Shown here: positions 45,901 through 47,576 of the stretch, one piece after another
Numbering within the stretch: the stretch's first letter is position 1
Layout: every line of letters starts with the position of its first letter
From: Minisyncoccia bacterium
Lineage (GTDB): Bacteria > Patescibacteriota > Patescibacteriia > Magasanikbacterales > UBA922
NCBI GenBank assembly: GCA_042218115.1
Contig: JBDGRJ010000040.1
Span: 1-47,576 of the forward strand
DNA length: 47,576 nucleotides
Direction of reading: 5' to 3'
Translations under genes and position numbers: made by a program
The notes under the pieces: generated by a model
Database searches by the model: none
The model's input: only the letters and a program-made list of their open reading frames with translations
What the model was told of the DNA's origin: nothing

Positions 45901-46328
45901 ATCCACCTTATTCTCTCATTAAATACCCAGATAGTAGTAAAGTATATAGATTAGAGCCTAATGAAGATGGCGAACTCGAGAAGAGACATATTAAAAACCA
46001 AGAAGTCTTTGACCAGCTTGGTTATCGCCTGGACAGAATAATTACCATAGATAAAACTGAGCAGTACCCGACCGGAGAGCCAATAACGACTCAAACTAAT
46101 GACAAAGTACCTTATACTTTCAGCAGATACTTAAAAAGGGGAAGACAAGGTACTGAAGTGCAAAATCTCCAAAAAACCCTAAAGAATCTGGGCTATTTTG
46201 AAGGTGAAGTAAATGGATATTACGGACTTAATACAGTAAATGCTGTAATGGAGTTTCAAGAGGCTAATGGAATGGAAAGAGTAGGTGTCCTAGGACCAAA
46301 AACTAGAGAGACTTTAAACAATATGTAA
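39912..46328 (+). CDS. Giant (2138 aa) surface protein: N-terminal signal/anchor, more than 10 degenerate beta-helix-like repeats, a Calx-beta-like domain, VY-x-I...G repeat modules and a C-terminal peptidoglycan-binding domain
   Basis: Hydrophobic N-terminus LALSGFFVVFSFLFVSFTTSASA. The recurring unit is GGTLD...NN(I/L)x(V)xGxWxNxGGxFxEGxxKVxFDG...I(N)E(S/P)GxFxxLxxD. A Calx-beta-like stretch includes VTIAAGNKSTTTKKLNPVNDSIEENDETIDISI. The C-terminus GTEVQNLQKTLKNLGYFEGEVNGYYGLNTVNAVMEFQEANGMERVGVLGPKT matches PG_binding_1. Confidence 0.85.
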   Translation: MKFTFLSKSSLSRVLALSGFFVVFSFLFVSFTTSASAATIEWDGGGSDDNWDTSANWSPDGAPTESDSVVVSGTVSNKNIDINTTVDVSSFTVTNTYSGTITVTNTQPGITVSTTDFDVDSSNAEVDFNTSTVDLQDFRIKSGTVSSTQNNLNIEGILDITGGTFDHNNGTTTFDTYTGPLTSTTIKTNGESFNNVVFDDQDPLNTQGWKFKDPVNVSGTFKIVDGAPDLNGQNLKFESSNNKFENQDIFGLNGGETLTNFTPDTDSGTTTFQGATLTQTYTIDSSIDAFHNLKFNDVQDQDDTWNLSTDISVSGKLLINQGILSSNNNNITVSSSWENTGGSSATFNEGNDKVIFDGTGSDTNNIQEPGSFSKLTLDSAANDTWQINSGDDLSVTSTFNLDGGTLDLTTGATSTFANYSQSGGTFKGGSGNVDINAGSSFTPGGNFTAPSGKLELAPQTVDFSSLSSFNNNGGTIELDNTSNKQTLIPAGSTSFANFTVSSTGQTTEIATNNLGVTGTLKISKGTLDVATNNIDTTVSGSWKNTGGSFNEGNQKVTFDGTSGGPYDINEPGTFSSIVIDGSGVEWDATTNRVKATGTLDVKGGTYDGNGQNTLVSSTLTISGGTFTGGTGKVNLDSNLSQTGGTLNAPSGGFNVAGDWSTTGGSFSANLDTVTLDAQSGGPHSIDLGSASFHNLTIDDGGNGQEFDVSNNTLDVNGDLTLNSGTLDSNSQNIEVEAGWDTSNGTFKEGSQKVVFDGTGGGTPNINESGSFHTLEFNGGSGTEWDATSDFDVDNTLEIKSGSQTFDASGQKIGVTSTVTLNGGTYKAGSSKQTFAGGLTISGGTLKGGSSGDIDIDGTVDLSSGSGSFVAPGATVTVSGTWKNGSDIFDEDTNIPNTVKFDDSNSAGPDYDINESGAFHNLTLAGSETYNIKTNNLTTDNNLTISGGTLDAATNNKDITVKGDWNRTSGDFKEGTQKVTFNNGSTDQKIKSSETFSKLVLDNSGYVVEDTSNNGITAATTTVKSNTTFKPADASTFTGLFTNSGTLQPKSSANVNVQADFDNDGTFNANGGTVTFNGANTQNVNIGGSAFNNVTIDGNTVQIATNTLDIDGNLKIQNSGGSLDANTNNLNVQLAGDWNGDSNDGSDFDEGSGSEKVTFDGSSNKQTIKNGENFNELLIDNTNSSPVVSSTKNITSASTTVKNGTFQPYDDSDFNGDVTINSGATLEALSTTTLTVSGTWKNSGTFTSNSGTTTFDGVSNQKLTAGGSAFNNLFVTSSGSVVPQDKLDVASDLKVTTSSTLDLTNDNNVTTTGDVIIRGDGSVSKGNGLWEFDGSGTNTLEANGDNLGEIKIDGSSKTVQLANTSAQVTTATIKGDDELDLNGQDLTVDNDVVNDNVFKLHGDESVTINGSYDNDSGTTTFDGAVSATIPSSLTSVNHIRFNNGSGTWTLPSKLDTEGDVSIDAGTLDVDSSNDYKINIAGDWDSSGGTFEYRNGTVEFDATGSATQTIKGSEFNNLTKTVSSTQTFELTTSATTTVHNTTTLKGESGNQLKLRSDNAGNKANFAVDKLKQDLDYVDIQDVDASVSNTLYCVNGCTDSGNNSNVVFNVNVSFAKSSDSGGESQSKSFKLELSEPYFVEDVNIDYIDTPVTASDSDYSMDTSTVTIAAGNKSTTTKKLNPVNDSIEENDETIDISISSTSPGYTDLTTTTPDILTYTITKNDQSTSGGSSSGGGGSSFGASGDSTSNVSKTQQGEKEGAVVINGGDEVADKRKVTIEFNVANAEKVALSEDRDFVGVSYADFPSNNKASFMLSEGAGEKTVYAKLRDSEGSSKVESDSIIYSPDGKKVELEPEQPKKEEKVISDELKSGQAYTYPGTNAVYYITQEGTKRPFKNPDVFFTYFDSWGDVEVADRDDLIGVPDDDLGFMPWGPKKEFKSGSMIKTVDDPKVYLIINDKRYWIENGQIFKELGYEWSMITDVDPRVMDKFELGESIDYTDHHPPYSLIKYPDSSKVYRLEPNEDGELEKRHIKNQEVFDQLGYRLDRIITIDKTEQYPTGEPITTQTNDKVPYTFSRYLKRGRQGTEVQNLQKTLKNLGYFEGEVNGYYGLNTVNAVMEFQEANGMERVGVLGPKTRETLNNM

Positions 46329-46349
46329 AAGAAAATACAGTTGTCAGAT

Positions 46350-46374
46350 CCCCCAGCTGAAGCTGGGGGTTTTT
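46350..46374 (+). terminator. Rho-independent terminator after the giant gene
   Basis: CCCCCAGC-TGAA-GCTGGGGG followed by TTTTT. Confidence 0.8.
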
Positions 46375-46442
46375 AATTTGCAATAGTATGATTAGATGAT
46401 ATGCTTATTAAAGAATAAATATACAGCCACTAAACAATAAGT

Positions 46443-47114
46443 ATGAGATTTAAAGTACTATCAATCTTTCCCCATCTGATTGATTCATATGTAGATGAAA
46501 GTATTATTAAAAGAGCACGAGAAGATGGTATTATTGATATAGATAGCATAGATATTAGAGAGTATACTCAAAATAAGCATAACAAAGTTGATGACAAGCC
46601 TTACGGTGGTGGAGCAGGTATGGTAATGAAGCCTGAACCGATCTATAGAGCACTAGAGGACAACGATTCACTTACTAATCAGAATAATAGACAAGAAAAG
46701 ACAATACTTCTTTCTGCTAAAGGGAATGAATTTGACCAACAGAAAGCAGAAGAGTTGTCTCAGTTGGATCGCATTACATTAATATGTGGTAGATATGAAG
46801 GAGTGGATCAGAGAGTGGCCGATCATATGGTAGATGAGGAGCTATCAATAGGAGGGTATGTTTTGGCTGGAGGTGAACTTCCAGCCTTAGTTGTTTTGGA
46901 GGCGACTTCTAGATTGGTGCCGGGGGTGCTGGGTAACTCTGATTCGCTGGATTTTGAAAGCTATAGCAAACCAGAAGAGAAAAAAGATATAATACAATCT
47001 AGCCACCCTCAATATACTAGACCCCGTGAGTTCAAGGGCTGGGAGGTGCCCGATGTACTTTTAAGTGGTAATCATCAAAAGATAAAGCAATGGAGACAAG
47101 ACCGAAGTGATTAA
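46443..47114 (+). CDS. trmD: tRNA (guanine37-N1)-methyltransferase
   Basis: MRFKVLSIFPHLIDSY..., CGRYEGVDQRV and SIGGYVLAGGELPALV motifs of TrmD. Confidence 0.9.
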   Translation: MRFKVLSIFPHLIDSYVDESIIKRAREDGIIDIDSIDIREYTQNKHNKVDDKPYGGGAGMVMKPEPIYRALEDNDSLTNQNNRQEKTILLSAKGNEFDQQKAEELSQLDRITLICGRYEGVDQRVADHMVDEELSIGGYVLAGGELPALVVLEATSRLVPGVLGNSDSLDFESYSKPEEKKDIIQSSHPQYTRPREFKGWEVPDVLLSGNHQKIKQWRQDRSD

Positions 47115-47242
47115 AGTAATATTAGATACTTTTTCGCAGAGATAGTTGTTTAATATGAGTCTAGAGTTTGGCCAAATTAATGCCTTTAGGCAAATTTATT
47201 CTATTAATATAATTTTGGATAGCTCAAGCTGCTAAAGCAGAC

Positions 47243-47271
47243 TTGACAGTTTTTTTGAAATATCATAAAAT
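47243..47271 (+). promoter_or_regulatory. Candidate sigma70 promoter (TTGACA-17 nt-TAAAAT) upstream of the rRNA operon
   Basis: Hexamers at 47243-47248 and 47266-47271, about 250 nt upstream of the 16S 5-prime end. Confidence 0.45.
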
Positions 47272-47330
47272 AATTGGGCATTACAATTGAGATTATTTCT
47301 CCCAAGCCCCGGTAGGGGAACTGGGAAGAA

Positions 47331-47361
47331 AGAGACCGGAAAATCGGTTTCTTTTTATTTT
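47331..47361 (+). terminator. Terminator-like hairpin inside the rRNA leader
   Basis: AGAGACCG-GAAAAT-CGGTTTCT (8 bp including one G-U) followed by TTTTATTTT. Confidence 0.3.
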
Positions 47362-47518
47362 GAAAGTAACAGTTGAAATACAACAGTACATTACAATTGA
47401 ATATCATCCACACTACGAATGTGGCAAAAGCGCTTCCAACATTTGTTGGAAAGTGCCTCCGACTCTTTGAGTTCATTTTTATGAACTCCCTAGGTTGCAT
47501 TAGCAACCCATACTCTTA

Positions 47519-47576
<58 letters not shown>

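Noticed and set aside
41165-45902. Antisense ORFs within the 2138-aa surface protein gene (41165..41725-, 41469..41744-, 43211..43432-, 43688..43996-, 45507..45902-) and 45241..45423+
   Set aside because: They are embedded in a continuous 6.4-kb sense ORF with clear domain content. They have low-complexity antisense composition and no independent support.
47204-47506. 100-aa minus-strand ORF between trmD and the 16S gene
   Set aside because: It lies in the rRNA promoter/leader region, which is full of hairpins. Its composition is odd and it has no start-site signals, so it is most likely non-coding.

Overview
The window is 47.6 kb of AT-rich bacterial chromosome. Lines I hand-counted are about 35-45% GC. 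Genes are tightly packed and mostly on the + strand, and the window ends in the first ~58 nt of a 16S rRNA gene.

Gene content and style suggest a small-genome, CPR/Patescibacteria-like bacterium, but this is inference only. The supporting features are a DUF4012 protein, giant surface proteins, almost no Shine-Dalgarno sequences and near-consensus sigma70 promoters.

Recognisable content:
- Nucleic acid enzymes: the 3-prime end of a helicase-nuclease gene and a UvrD/PcrA-type helicase.
- An envelope cluster: GT4 glycosyltransferase, DUF4012 protein and a membrane-anchored surface protein.
- An EamA transporter, tRNA-Arg(TCG), tRNA-Lys(CTT) and a minus-strand rnc-nusB-rpmF block.
- A cell-wall block: a frameshifted FemAB-type gene, a PAP2 phosphatase, a sugar-1-P nucleotidyltransferase, mltG and a C39-like peptidase.
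- Housekeeping genes: ndk, rpmB, an M50 protease, rpsL-rpsG-fusA and trmD.
- A PAPS-synthesis cassette, cysD-cysNC-cysQ.
- A 1363-aa hyper-acidic protein and a 2138-aa repeat-rich surface protein with Calx-beta-like and peptidoglycan-binding domains.

The best candidate for an undescribed system is at 25450-31010. It is a tandem duplication of the unit [consensus promoter, short leader ORF, terminator, ATP-grasp ligase, class I glutamine amidotransferase].
- Both units use the same 28-nt terminator sequence.
- The leader ORFs are biased to Ile/Val/Leu in one copy and Phe/Leu in the other.
- Each leader can form mutually exclusive antiterminator and terminator helices, as in classical ribosome-mediated attenuation.
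- The first ATP-grasp copy is a sharp high-GC island.
- The second amidotransferase overlaps trhO by 8 nt.

I saw no CRISPR array, transposase, integrase or obvious prophage genes.
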